A stretch of 55,526 bases of DNA from a virus. The stretch lies in the IMG/VR virus record IMGVR_UViG_3300022664_000329, positions 1-55,526 of that record, one strand, 5' to 3'. Both the position numbers and the translations under genes were made by a program. The notes under the pieces are model-generated. The model was not told where the DNA came from and did not search any database. It saw nothing but the letters and a program-made list of their open reading frames with translations. Positions 31,201 through 36,211 of the stretch are shown here, in pieces. Each line of letters opens with the position of its first letter. The first letter of the stretch is position 1.

Positions 31201-34200
31201 TTCTCGCCGGCGAAGCCATGAATACCCCCGGCGCGTCATCTATTATTGTTGCCCATAACCATCCGTCCCAAAACGCTGAATTTTCGCCAGAAGACCGTGC
31301 ATTTGCCCGCCAACTGAACAACTTATTGACCGGCTCCGGCGTGACCATGCGGGATTTTCTGGCAGTTGCACAGAAACAATATTCTTCTTACAGCGAAAAT
31401 ATGCTCGTTTATGTCGACGACAGCGTTGACATAAACAGCGCCAGATCAGGAGTAAAAATCCCTATTGTTGGCCGAATCTTTGAATCGGTACGCTCTCCCC
31501 TCCTCAAGGTTTCGTCCGCCGAGGATGCCTTGCCGCTGGCGCAGCAGTATATCCCCGACGGTGGAACATTGATATTGGATGGCCAAAACGCCCTTGCCGG
31601 TTTTTCCACTATTCAGAACTATGGACGAATTCGCGGCGACGCGCAGCGGGCTATTTTGCAGGATATCGAAAAACGAAACGGCCGCGCCATGATCGTCTAT
31701 TCCCCCGGTCGTATCGTCGGCACAGCCGAATCTTTTAATCTCGGGAAGTTTATTGCTGCAACCGGCGGCCAGGTCCGCCTGTTAGATATTATTGATTCGT
31801 CCGGCTCTCACGCGGACAATGGGGATATGCCCGCGATTCCCACGGCAGATTCCAGCTTGTTTTTGTCCGTTGCCGAAGATGTCACCGAAAAAGCGGCAGA
31901 CGCCGTCGGGCGCAAAGTCTCCCGCGCGGTCGATCTGATCACGGGGCGCGTATCTCCCGAAAAACGGGAGACGCTTTCCGCCCTGCGCAAAAGCTGGGCG
32001 GAATTCTGGCGGCCGTTTTCGACGGTGACAAACGGCGAGGAGGTCCTGGCCCGCCGCTATGAATCGATGGGCAATGTGGCCAAGGCGGTGCGGTTTATCG
32101 AGACGATGAAGGCGGAACTGGATCAGTTCCCGCCGGAAACGAAGAAAGATATTTTCTGGTATCTGAACGGCGACATTCCGCTGACCGTCCTGCCGGAAGA
32201 CGCCCAGACTTTTGCGAAAAATATTCATCGCCGGACGGAAATTATCGGTGAAATGCTGGTGGACCGCGGGCTCCTGACGGAAGAAACCTTTGAGGCACAC
32301 AAAGGCACGTACGTTCACTACCTTTACGCCAAGCATATCGTGGGCGAAGATGCGCCCGTGGGCATTACGTCGTCGGGCAAGCTGGATCTGTCCTACACGC
32401 TCCGGCGCAATCCCGATCTGACGATGCAGCAACGCAAGGAGCTGGGCCTGATCGACGATGCTTCCGTCGCCGTGCCGGTGGGCATGGGCAAGGCGCTCAC
32501 GGATATTGCGAAGTTCGATTACCTGGAGACGATCGCGGAAAATCCCGACTGGGTCTGGCAGCCGTCCGTGGTGCGTGTGGCCGTGGGCAAAAAGCTCAAG
32601 ACGCCGGTGATGGGCCGGACGCGGCGCTATGTGATGATGGGCATCGGCAAACTCCAGGAACAGGTCCGCACGTATGACGAGATGATGCGGACGCGGCCGA
32701 CTACCGAAGTGGCGGAGATCCACAAAATCCTCACGGACGCCTGGCAAAAAGAGCAGGCCAAGACGCAAAACGCGCCCGCCGACTTCGTGCAGCTGCCCAA
32801 CACGCGCGGCTACGGGCCGCTCGCGGGCGCCTTCGTCAAAAAGCCGATCGCGGACGATCTGCGCCCGGTGATGGATGTCAATACGGACCGCGGCAAACTG
32901 CTCAACACGGTTCTGGAAATCGAACGCCAGGGCATGGCGGCGTTCAAGATGGGGAAAGTCGCGCTCAATATTCCGACGGCCTGCCGTAATATCGTGTCCA
33001 ACATCATTCAGAACAACATGCGCGGCCGCGCGCTGGCGAAGATCCCCGGCGATATCGTGGCCGCCTGCCAGTCGATGAAAGCCAGGGACGCTCATTATGA
33101 AGAGGCGTTCGGCATGGGGCTGTTCCATACGAATTGGTTCGTGACGGAAATCAACGATGTGCTCCAGGAATTCCGCAAGATCGAGTCCGGCCGGATCGAT
33201 CAAATCCTGTCTGCGGTGAAAAACGTGGCGAAGTATTACGGCCGGATTGACGATATCAGCAAGTTTGCGATCTTTCTGCAGATGCGCAAAGCCGGCGCTC
33301 CGATCGACAAGGCCGCGATCGAAGCCATGAAATGGGGAATGGACTATTCGCTCACGTCGCGCTCGATCAAGGGGCTGCGCCAGACGATCATGCCGTTTGC
33401 GACGTACCAGTATAAGATCGCTCCGCTCATCGCCGAATCGCTGCGCAAGCGGCCCTGGGTGCTCGCCAAGTTCGCGCTGATTTATCCGGCGGCCAAGCTC
33501 GCGGCGATGGCGCTGCACGATCTGGACGACGATGACTGGGAGGACCTGGAAAAACAGCTGCCGGCCTATATCAAGAAGTCCGGCTCGATGATGATTCTGC
33601 CCTGGAAGACGGATCAGGATCAATGGCAGTGGGTGAATCTGGAGTATTATTTCCCGTTCGGCAATATGCTGGCGATTTTCCGCGATGCCAAGGCGCTGGA
33701 TTCCGGCGAGGCGCTGCGCGATCTGGGCATTTCCAATCCGTTTCTATCCATGTTCTACACCGGGCTTTCGGCCCGCGAGGATTCTCCGCCCTTGCATGCG
33801 TATTCCGGCATTCCGATTTACAATGAGCTCGATCCGGGATGGATGAAGGCGGCAAAATATCTGGAGTACATGGCCAATACGTGGCTGCCCGGCATGCTCA
33901 CGCGCCAGGGCGCCCTGGGCTACACGGGCAAAGCGATTGCCGGCGGCGAGGACCGCTGGGGCCGCGAGGTGTCGTTCGGCCAGGCGCTCGGCCGCTGGTT
34001 CGGTTTCAATATTGTCTCGGTGTCGCCCGAGCAGTCCCGCGCGCAGGTGGCGGTGAAGATCCAGGATCTGCACAAGGAGATGGCCCGGATCGAGGCCGAT
34101 CCGTCCCGCAGCGACGAAGCTAAGGCGGAATACCGCGCCCGGATGAATGAAGAGTTGTCGCAGATGGCCGAGCAGGCGCCGGCCGCCGTGCTGCCGATCA

Positions 34201-34556
34201 CGAAGGCCAAGGGGCCCGATCCGGTTTATGACGCGCTGCGCACCATGGCCGCCCGCGGCATTCTGCACACCGGTCCGCCGTCGCGGACGCTGGAGATCGG
34301 CGGCATTCCGCGAAAAATGACGCTGGAGCAGTACCGGGAATATCTGGACCGCTCAAGCGATATCGCGCGGCGCAAACTGGCTGCGCTGGTGACGTCGCCG
34401 TCGTGGGAGACGATGACGGATGAACGAAAAACGCAGGTGGTCTCCGGCATTGTCGCCAACGCCCGCAAGGCGATCCGGCAAAAAATAAAGGCGCAGCTGG
34501 CCCGCGAATTCCGCGGACAACAGTTCCGGCCGCAAAATAGCGAAAAAAGGAGTTGA
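16269..34556 (+). CDS. Giant polyvalent virion-associated protein (6,095 aa): DarB-like N6-adenine DNA methyltransferase + SNF2/DEAH helicase core, flanked by many other modules including HExxH peptidase-like and RadC/JAB domains
   Basis: Uninterrupted 18,288-nt ORF with a GGAGG SD 8 nt upstream. Motifs read in the translation: EPGMGVGSFFG and NPPY (MTase I/IV); AHAVGAGKT, FVDEAH and QPVGRILRQGN (SF2 helicase I, II, VI); SHEFYH (HExxH); IIVAHNHPS...SPED (JAB/RadC). Position corresponds to T7 gp16. Confidence 0.85.
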   Translation: MPDTDRRNHHDIGYGEDFYRALDPHYHAPAALPEAKSNNDAGYGEDFYRTLDPDAPATQKSPAVKTPLQNAPEQRGFFKEAASALASGAVSTAEALTSTAEMIGVPGAERASSYLRGVQESEALVRPDYLRSGTVLDEPARLADWRWWTRTVGENIPNALAMLVPAGAVSKLGQIGKLGTLLKGSATARRAAALGAGFSASFPLEAGSAYSSAKQEMSATGQYDADTIERIATAEGLVAGTTNAIIELLPIDSLLFKQSGGDRLLRRILRQAYIEGGTETVQEAVNILVEQYGHAPDATLKDQIGRVIEAGLAGGVIGGGFGATIGTAEHRAKTNAYLAIAHKTDLDEDIVRWKQEDLPDKNIAELVSARLDDYRRSAAPDETTQIPAKIDAAEMVSFVLYGSGRFQPDRSGAKKKAAVLRAMGMKPKTPPAEMPMTTSAADGKAVITEEQRAQAQNERAAANRKAQGKTLFDAVASEDLAETQAIEQARQDDEARRNAETVRLAAAEQASRDKAVADAQSRQDALIARLAGADPQKQALVQDVLGLSERALLSAVQKELKLTVTPAGPGAYTVETPGGPQPADLFDLRQRLAEKRSADFTARQDEEAANAAAVRRMEEEQARKKREREAAAALDMSRRSLVASLSGPTPQQLAHLNANRQRLTPDEIARLDRWMKKDRDSAPVSPPPAPRPPAVISEEVNAAAKAAPPPKQDNGQDDEAALVDLMLSDVANARKGGELRTDDAGETIRDTAGIAWLTAANRAGADVTVKDAKTVLNKVKTGEDLTERQQRQLTAILDAMRAAGGAKVTQALSWAKKGYIPVDNRRIAVRDMVEGDSYVIDNEEFRVTDIDDAGNVTLKDGTIKKVRDGEMLTGVDFVKPVEGAEDFSGESFDDAMKRVESEAEPPQAPPVPESRKTPPASVAVTTGLKTKAPEKRDISQLAGDLAAGRIAPGKFTFPADVTPQEINEVWDDLSAAVENIAKKNEPFIRALHEEIDALGPARTAAIKAQKKALLDKIRALQDEADALDRKITNAFEGAQAQLLDTIIERAKAEGLFIDDAESEEVYELYSTLQEGRSHDPLFIDGKIPEDYVNTWTVPLAEQILDELRAQQPTGDAYPVPNSSGVYNEKQKKAEVISFPQNKAFDAAVYVLQVGPEEWISAEDVSLKTGSYAGQSSPLTKNPVFPTRKAALADALKTVQQFGESNARDASSPATDKSRKAAAQIAQWAEKQYLELYPPSQAPSQAVAVTTGLKKTPETAPPPIIKRILDIYGRYHYVDQNELQGDRTILKTYNSRGERLLAGGGIHRGYIVNQEDTSAVEKARKVARLRSLETKAQKEMLTDGEIKETKSLIAEIYNKPVEKPSEPATIPDVTPPKGTADIPAKITPQAEAWKDKIEADVKDGWYIHGRRGTDDLLSEFKKHEIFVSKEADVAEDYAGNKGSIWQLRPKKTANILDATDDIQRTEVVDRLKEQYESGDLNNGAYTKLSQEIDDEIESYGEGKAWERISESLNPKDIVEDEGFYSDTDFVNWLYENFEYDFVSTNRGGVAYNPDAFDLKKFNPNPSRPPEVGGQSVNLSTEDLFGAVEKAVTTGLKPKKAAALPPEMPIIRARLQHLKSLGVNTAGYDEWVKVMESGDAAALANEPPAQDTLRAINLTIAEEEKILKAQAQEKGFGAGNTLFTEDKAAKARAILKAKLSGAQLNAGIDPEILTAGIDLAGYYIEGGVRKFADFTAKMVEDIGEQIRPYLKSLYLAVRNYPGFDNAGMETEADIEKSLTAAAATDKIAAKGEKSHADSSDLDAGAAGNAPAVAASARQAEQNAGRLPEDVRAVVSGIEGQARREGSEVPQGVNLPAEIQAHAEQYLYHATYAEKIAGINAAGLDPTKSNQYIYGNDTTKRVYLSPDQELSLAFGDVLLRVRRSALNQKLLKEIARQGGQEVWYFDRIAPSLIERLTPRGEWAALSAQTEKIPQSVAVTTGAKTPKTKESPYMAAVGLISGGRADRAVARGYVFAYGPADAATQSEMVGLFSGLAADKLIEAGITIERKTPAAFKKGDRVVMKNGRHGEIIADESYTMIAATIFGGQRNVERYENYRVRTDAGAEFGMIKPEDLTKETEKPAEPVVPDIKLIDGHFNEPDRVLNRIALHQSNEQKKRASAQRARKQDNIDKLLEAAEKEKRIAAGLRARYDEWAAKYPDEAAKHAPAKTLPPIGQVHPSIREKYAAKPTAAAAKAYPDLTVSGHPKPVPDHPDASYVVHIRKPDLIPDTFRVVVSAQRAAGGGFLTQAGTGMTPEQAYDNALANYDRTIETRRSSTNQDAESVTNTTTPVDNEKTNDYNKIEQEAQDAPSDRHDTDETSSEDDRAGAQGPGTRDVSATSDERSTSGVSQGTRRADDEHVRGPVRGTLQAAIRHESDLSGTSPAPDFRTQPGVGRNNGDVADVQRSAAGERTDHVITPGAIDRTGSWFQTAKNNLDIIELAKKIQTENRPATPTEQALLARYTGFGASEIANRMFPGWAEAGEIQLWRADQKWKPLVERMQKLFSPAEIATAARSTQYAHYTSPAIIDSIYKALDGFGFPGGRVLEPGMGVGSFFGLMPESMRTTTKYTGIEMDGITAQIAKLLYPRQNIIEGDYTKAQFPNNYFDLAIGNPPYAKTMILADPDYKKLRLSLHDFFFVKSLDKIRPGGLMVFITSRYTMDKVDSRVRKILNEKSDLLGAVRLPQTAFAKNAGTEVVTDVIFLRKKVPGEKSAGMMWGEVAPVTTPEGDFRINEYYLAHPEMVLGDHSGRGTMQNSRDPQYTVLPREGNIEEAFAQAVTHLPKAVYSLIKAAPAVQEAAAIERDFNPQNKKEGGLYLSPNGQVMVTESGAGVPITAIAPKLSDKDRRWLTSYITLRDAVKQCQYDQLTDGDWESSLKELNRVYKAFKMAWGRINAFTITERKSTDEDGKEITIHLRKFANSRLLRLDVESPLVMALEKVTEDFQIADGPFLSSRTIKKPEPPQISTVADALAVSLNEKGRLDLAHIASLMGASEADVFEQLGDLVYDTPDKGIQLADAYLSGNVVKKLEEAKAAAKIDPKYERNVQALIASLPKPLTAKDITPSPGATWIPLPVYNDFLHEVLELPESAAADHSPADNQWTISGLPVQSQRGRASAWSSPDRGANEIFSAVLNNATLKVYKTEKVAGVEKTYLDPAATAQVNDIAKKMKIRFRNWVWENAGRAHELLNIYNSTRNNIVPRRFDGSHLTLPGVSLRFKLMPHQKNAIWRIIQDGNTYIAHAVGAGKTYEMVAAGMEMKRLSLISKPLYVVPNHMLQQFANEFQELYPLAHVMVADEENFHTTNRRRFMAQAALNNPDAIVITHSAFGLLKMKQENILPVRNDVVSEMQAALDDLEGDKKANRIRIKQMEARIEQTEQRFESMIAQGDNVITFEDMGVDFLFVDEAHQFRKLDFTTNRQAKGVDPSGSVRAMMLYIKTQWLDRQNPGRSHVFASGTPITNTMGELYTVMKFFDMDGLRRDGLDYFDSWAAEYGDMNSAPEMNAAGRYEIVDRFSRFVNVPELMSRVRSFMDVLTSSQLGAFVKRPKVRGGQPTIVVTPASPALKNYQTNVLLPRIESSKNWKPSKEEPGNPDPLINIITDGRLASIDMRFVAPGSPNDPDSKLNKYIDKIIEHYKETAGHTYLDPATGQKSPVRGAAQICFYNHGFGRGVASSRGFDARAWAMRRFKEAGIPVDEIAWIDDFDTAAKKEAVMKEVRNGHKRILIGSAKKMGTGMNVQTRLSHMTYLDPPWYPSDVEQPVGRILRQGNQNEEVGIFYFSTKGSYDATMWQMVTRKAKFIEDALAGGGARAIEDISESSLYEMAAALASGDERAIRLAGLRNEIEGLENLRSAHYHTQTNLQREKRLYEIGHPGKKAYVAKLEAAMQKVPFDLRYLSAQHPIKAKLGHRDYTDRKAFAQDLLAKIVALRNAGTAGTTPIGHFFGLELRVVQAQGGNTEVWDRSGQTELIPGKVVNQLQLRITDDVIYDVASDITDTSDAPGLVTRLTNRAKAVPSDLAQAKQSLEETETELKKINARLGAPFELARELEEKIAEAAQIDADLVREGQATAAAQQQQHTAPAQTPDQTPPDTSGPMLSLEETPIFFSQMSRVLQAKLPGSGTPEQYRSAIVSWANKGEFKADELKWSGLTDWLVAQKGKLAKQQVLDYLAANEVQLREVHLSDTPSDPQLDRLKNAFAQAEEGVRAIEQALGARPYMSGAPLRWMYRPDDEAPRNVPKQYFDTLDRWSEARLDLDDYQATHEGFFEEDEESTGRTQYSNQQLPGGKNYRELLLTLPEKKTVPTLKHSYRSAHWNTPNVLAHVRYNDRTDANGNRVLFLEEVQSDWHQEGRKKGYADDKITRTPPTRDEIAQEIYGARYADLDTVTQSAVDGELDARIHGTGGAAPATSGISYVPPAPFAKTWHELAMKRMLRYAAENGYDKVAWTTGEQQNERYNLSKHIESIGYHKRGDLFALTVWDKKGKAIYQNQSTTKQEVENTIGKEMLQKMEANVGRRENGNFYIEGLDLKVGGEGMKGFYDTILPAFVNKYAKKWGAKVGTADIRTEALNRTPGAAKADTVSVHAIDVTPAMKESVLTGQPMFSRQDKTAHRRPHRLGDVELDEMVQQLAALLKGVKIVKHGNEIRLKTRSGEEVRIESAEQIDPDTIALAIKKHYSQDKKQTPQSGAGVAGMYSAGKITLVEDVAGIWTLSHEFYHFLEDIGAISNADKATLNRKIAYLVTSQPETYGYLQERSLPEQRADYVGRTLTGMYDATTPTGTILARIREVIDRILNALGIRTARGILRDIETGKIYKDQGERNKGQEKGKTPLLRQDIDNIRERAYTYGEGGKHETSVSDSGFDGEGSRQYPGRDAALRFQPTVVGREKKGSIPAAGRIVRTPHDAAKIAATYLNKYPDEHMISLVLDAKGKVISVYHHTSGLPGNSQASMPILAGEAMNTPGASSIIVAHNHPSQNAEFSPEDRAFARQLNNLLTGSGVTMRDFLAVAQKQYSSYSENMLVYVDDSVDINSARSGVKIPIVGRIFESVRSPLLKVSSAEDALPLAQQYIPDGGTLILDGQNALAGFSTIQNYGRIRGDAQRAILQDIEKRNGRAMIVYSPGRIVGTAESFNLGKFIAATGGQVRLLDIIDSSGSHADNGDMPAIPTADSSLFLSVAEDVTEKAADAVGRKVSRAVDLITGRVSPEKRETLSALRKSWAEFWRPFSTVTNGEEVLARRYESMGNVAKAVRFIETMKAELDQFPPETKKDIFWYLNGDIPLTVLPEDAQTFAKNIHRRTEIIGEMLVDRGLLTEETFEAHKGTYVHYLYAKHIVGEDAPVGITSSGKLDLSYTLRRNPDLTMQQRKELGLIDDASVAVPVGMGKALTDIAKFDYLETIAENPDWVWQPSVVRVAVGKKLKTPVMGRTRRYVMMGIGKLQEQVRTYDEMMRTRPTTEVAEIHKILTDAWQKEQAKTQNAPADFVQLPNTRGYGPLAGAFVKKPIADDLRPVMDVNTDRGKLLNTVLEIERQGMAAFKMGKVALNIPTACRNIVSNIIQNNMRGRALAKIPGDIVAACQSMKARDAHYEEAFGMGLFHTNWFVTEINDVLQEFRKIESGRIDQILSAVKNVAKYYGRIDDISKFAIFLQMRKAGAPIDKAAIEAMKWGMDYSLTSRSIKGLRQTIMPFATYQYKIAPLIAESLRKRPWVLAKFALIYPAAKLAAMALHDLDDDDWEDLEKQLPAYIKKSGSMMILPWKTDQDQWQWVNLEYYFPFGNMLAIFRDAKALDSGEALRDLGISNPFLSMFYTGLSAREDSPPLHAYSGIPIYNELDPGWMKAAKYLEYMANTWLPGMLTRQGALGYTGKAIAGGEDRWGREVSFGQALGRWFGFNIVSVSPEQSRAQVAVKIQDLHKEMARIEADPSRSDEAKAEYRARMNEELSQMAEQAPAAVLPITKAKGPDPVYDALRTMAARGILHTGPPSRTLEIGGIPRKMTLEQYREYLDRSSDIARRKLAALVTSPSWETMTDERKTQVVSGIVANARKAIRQKIKAQLAREFRGQQFRPQNSEKRS
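16305..16427 (+). repeat. Two copies of a 12-aa / 36-nt repeat, GYGEDFYR[AT]LDP, at the N-terminus of the giant protein
   Basis: 16305-16340 and 16392-16427 are nearly identical at the nucleotide level. Confidence 0.8.
19032..19055 (+). repeat. Linker motif VAVTTGLK, copy 1
   Basis: gtcgccgtgacgacggggctgaaa. The 14-nt core gccgtgacgacggg is shared by all four copies. Confidence 0.9.
20004..20027 (+). repeat. Linker motif VAVTTGLK, copy 2
   Basis: gtcgccgtgacgacggggctgaag. Confidence 0.9.
21033..21053 (+). repeat. Linker motif AVTTGLK, copy 3
   Basis: gccgtgacgacggggctgaaa. Confidence 0.9.
21646..21819 (+). CDS. Embedded 57-aa ORF in the +1 frame of the giant ORF (MPIHLTLTPEQQETLQRLQPLLDKQNKTPEDYRKMSELLYPELKAKLAAKGVKFPKA)
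   Basis: GGGAG SD lies 9 nt upstream. By hand count, 47 of 57 codons end in G/C in this frame, against 18 of 57 in the giant frame over the same nucleotides. The giant-frame translation here is Ala/Gly/Ser-rich shadow-like sequence. Confidence 0.5.
   Translation: MPIHLTLTPEQQETLQRLQPLLDKQNKTPEDYRKMSELLYPELKAKLAAKGVKFPKA
22185..22208 (+). repeat. Linker motif VAVTTGAK, copy 4
   Basis: gtggccgtgacgacgggtgccaaa. Confidence 0.9.
23299..23640 (+). CDS. Embedded 113-aa ORF in the +1 frame of the giant ORF, TnpV-like by recollection
   Basis: Perfect AGGAGG (23287-23292) lies 6 nt before the ATG and is preceded by an AT-rich intergenic-looking stretch. About 73% of codons end in G/C in this frame. 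The pattern LKDQAPEMYQQLQTKGQLPEYLKERD resembles the LKEHxPxLYxxLxxxGKLxEHLxExD core of TnpV-type proteins. The giant-frame translation here is S/T/D/R/G-rich. Confidence 0.6.
   Translation: MPHLTDTIQTKHRLKMIEQALKDQAPEMYQQLQTKGQLPEYLKERDALMMNTFEVLFVELCKLPSDTNPTYQEQVQHLTSARNRAWEETMATWLTFSDPQPESEPTMSSPPAP
24012..24218 (+). other. N6-adenine DNA methyltransferase catalytic motifs within the giant ORF
   Basis: Motif I EPGMGVGSF at 24012-24038. Motif IV NPPY at 24207-24218. Confidence 0.8.
26097..26589 (+). other. SF2 (SNF2/DEAH) helicase motifs I and II within the giant ORF
   Basis: GAGKT at 26097-26111. DEAH at 26578-26589. Motif VI QPVGRILRQGN lies further downstream, near 27640. Confidence 0.8.
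30486..30500 (+). other. HExxH (HEFYH) zinc-metallopeptidase-like motif within the giant ORF
   Basis: Codons cat gag ttt tat cat, read directly. Context: TLSHEFYHFLEDIG. Confidence 0.5.
30856..30906 (+). promoter_or_regulatory. Near-consensus promoter + SD + ATG inside the giant ORF, with the ATG in the +1 frame
   Basis: TTGACA (30856-30861), 17-nt spacer, TATACT (30879-30884), AGGAGG (30893-30898), 5 nt, ATG (30904-30906). Confidence 0.45.
31254..31268 (+). other. RadC/JAB (JAMM-type) HNHPS motif within the giant ORF
   Basis: IIVAHNHPSQNAEFSPEDRAFARQL, preceded by the typical RadC core (ISLVLDAKGKVISVYHHTSG). Confidence 0.7.
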
Positions 34557-34582
34557 TTTGGAGTTTTTTTTTACGCTATAAT
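34553..34582 (+). promoter_or_regulatory. Sigma70-like promoter TTGATT-N18-TATAAT overlapping the stop codon of the giant gene
   Basis: Hexamers read directly. Paralogous to 16117-16145. Confidence 0.4.
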
Positions 34583-34603
34583 ATTTCAACAATTAGATGA
34601 TGT

Positions 34604-34622
34604 TCCGGATTGATCACCCGGA
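34604..34622 (+). promoter_or_regulatory. Dyad-symmetric box TCCGGatTGATCAccCGGA (copy B)
   Basis: Copy of 16154-16172. Confidence 0.4.
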
Positions 34623-34633
34623 TAACCCAACCC

Positions 34634-34669
34634 AAAACCCGGACGGCACCGCAGCCGCCCGGGTTTTTT
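34634..34669 (+). terminator. Rho-independent terminator (copy B)
   Basis: aaaaCCCGGaCGGcaccgcagCCGcCCGGGtttttt. Differs from copy A by one loop base. Confidence 0.6.
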
Positions 34670-34695
34670 GATTAACCGAACCCAGGGAGGTCAAT

Positions 34696-34947
34696 ATGAT
34701 TAACGCCCGCACCATTCATTTTCCGTTCGACGGCGACGATCTGCAAACCGCCGTCGCCTACGACGCCAGCAAGCGGCCCGAATATGTCGGCCGCGCTCCC
34801 GCCGGTGTCGCGACCAGTGTCGCGCAGTGGCAAATCCGCAAGATCGCGTATAACGCCGACTCTCAGGTCGTATCCGTCAAGTTCGCAGCCGGCGCCAACG
34901 ATTATAACCAAATATGGGATAACCGATCCCTGCTGACGTACGCATAA
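34696..34947 (+). CDS. Hypothetical protein (83 aa)
   Basis: GGGAGG SD upstream. First gene after terminator copy B. Confidence 0.5.
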   Translation: MINARTIHFPFDGDDLQTAVAYDASKRPEYVGRAPAGVATSVAQWQIRKIAYNADSQVVSVKFAAGANDYNQIWDNRSLLTYA

Positions 34948-34961
34948 AGGAGGGCCCAGCC

Positions 34962-35975
34962 ATGAAGGTTTTTGCGAATATTCTGGCGCTCTATGCGCAG
35001 ATCTGCGGAGGGTCGATCAATAATACGCCGATCGGCAATGTCACCCCGGCCCCGGCCGCTTTTTCGTCTCTGTCCATTCCCGCGGGCACGCCGGTTAATG
35101 CCGTCGCCGCAACGGGAACGCTGACGGCGGACGCCAATCCGTCTCCCGCCGCCCAGGCGAGCGGCATTCTGACGTCCAATGAGTCCCTGGTCGCCGACGG
35201 CGCAACGGTGACGATCGGCACGACGGTTTATACGTTTAAGACGGCGTTGTCCGCCGAGCCGTCGGTCGCCTATGAGGTCCTGATCGGCGAAAATTACAGC
35301 GCGCAACTGGCCAATCTGGCCGCGGCCATCAACGGCGGCGCAGGCGCAGGCGTTACGTACGGCACGGGCACGGCCGCGCATCCGGATGTGCAGTCCTCCG
35401 AACCGTTCAACGCCGCCATCACGATCACGGCAAAGGTCGCCGGCGACGCGGGAAACCTGATCGCCAAGGATACCGACAGCGGCAATCTGGATTGGGACGG
35501 CACCGGCGATTTTCTGACGGGCGGACTGGATACGGAAACGGTGACGATCGGTGCGAAGACGTATGCGTTTGTCGCGGCGCTCACGCCCGCAGAAGGCGAG
35601 GTGCTGATCGGCGAAACGCTGGAAGCCACGCTCACGAATCTGAAAAACGCGATCAATCACACGGGCACGCCGGACACGGATTACAGCTGCGCCGAGGCTC
35701 ACCCGTCTGTCTCCGCGACGGCCGACGCAACACACCTGGTCGCCACGGCAAAGGTGAAAGGCGCGGCCGGCAATGCGATCGCGACAAGCGACGCCGAGGC
35801 GGGCGAAGAAACGCATATGGCGTGGGCGGCGGAAACGCTGGAAGACGGCATCGACGGCACGGCCGCGCCCGCCCGGGCGATCTGCGCGGATAACAGTTAC
35901 ATCTACTATTGCATCGCAGCCAATACGGTCGCGGACGCAAACTGGAGACGGATCAGCATCGGCACGGTCTATTAA
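34962..35975 (+). CDS. Fibre/spike-like structural protein with two internal ~110-aa repeats (337 aa)
   Basis: AAGGAGG SD upstream. Repeats: TVTIGTTVYTFKTALS...YEVLIGEN...LANLAAAING...AAHPDVQS...ITAKVAGDAGNLIA versus TVTIGAKTYAFVAALT...GEVLIGET...LTNLKNAINH...EAHPSVSA...ATAKVKGAAGNAIA. Confidence 0.45.
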   Translation: MKVFANILALYAQICGGSINNTPIGNVTPAPAAFSSLSIPAGTPVNAVAATGTLTADANPSPAAQASGILTSNESLVADGATVTIGTTVYTFKTALSAEPSVAYEVLIGENYSAQLANLAAAINGGAGAGVTYGTGTAAHPDVQSSEPFNAAITITAKVAGDAGNLIAKDTDSGNLDWDGTGDFLTGGLDTETVTIGAKTYAFVAALTPAEGEVLIGETLEATLTNLKNAINHTGTPDTDYSCAEAHPSVSATADATHLVATAKVKGAAGNAIATSDAEAGEETHMAWAAETLEDGIDGTAAPARAICADNSYIYYCIAANTVADANWRRISIGTVY

Positions 35976-35987
35976 CGGAGGCGCCCC

Positions 35988-36197
35988 ATGAACGGCATCA
36001 CGCGCGATACTTTTGCGAGCATGAACACGGACAGCAAGCTCATGGTGCTGTACGATCTGGTGCAGGAAAATCATCAGTGCTCCTGTGAGATTCAAAAACA
36101 GCTGCAGTTTAAAAAGAAAGTGGATTGGTCATTGTCCGCCGCGCTGGGTCTGATCGGCGGAATGATTTCCGGGGCCGGCATCCGGATTATCAAGTAA
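35988..36197 (+). CDS. Small protein with a C-terminal transmembrane helix (69 aa), lysis-cassette associated
   Basis: GGAGG SD upstream. C-terminus reads WSLSAALGLIGGMISGAGIRII. Directly upstream of the holin and endolysin. Confidence 0.4.
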   Translation: MNGITRDTFASMNTDSKLMVLYDLVQENHQCSCEIQKQLQFKKKVDWSLSAALGLIGGMISGAGIRIIK

Positions 36198-36211
36198 TAA
36201 GGAGGAAGAAG

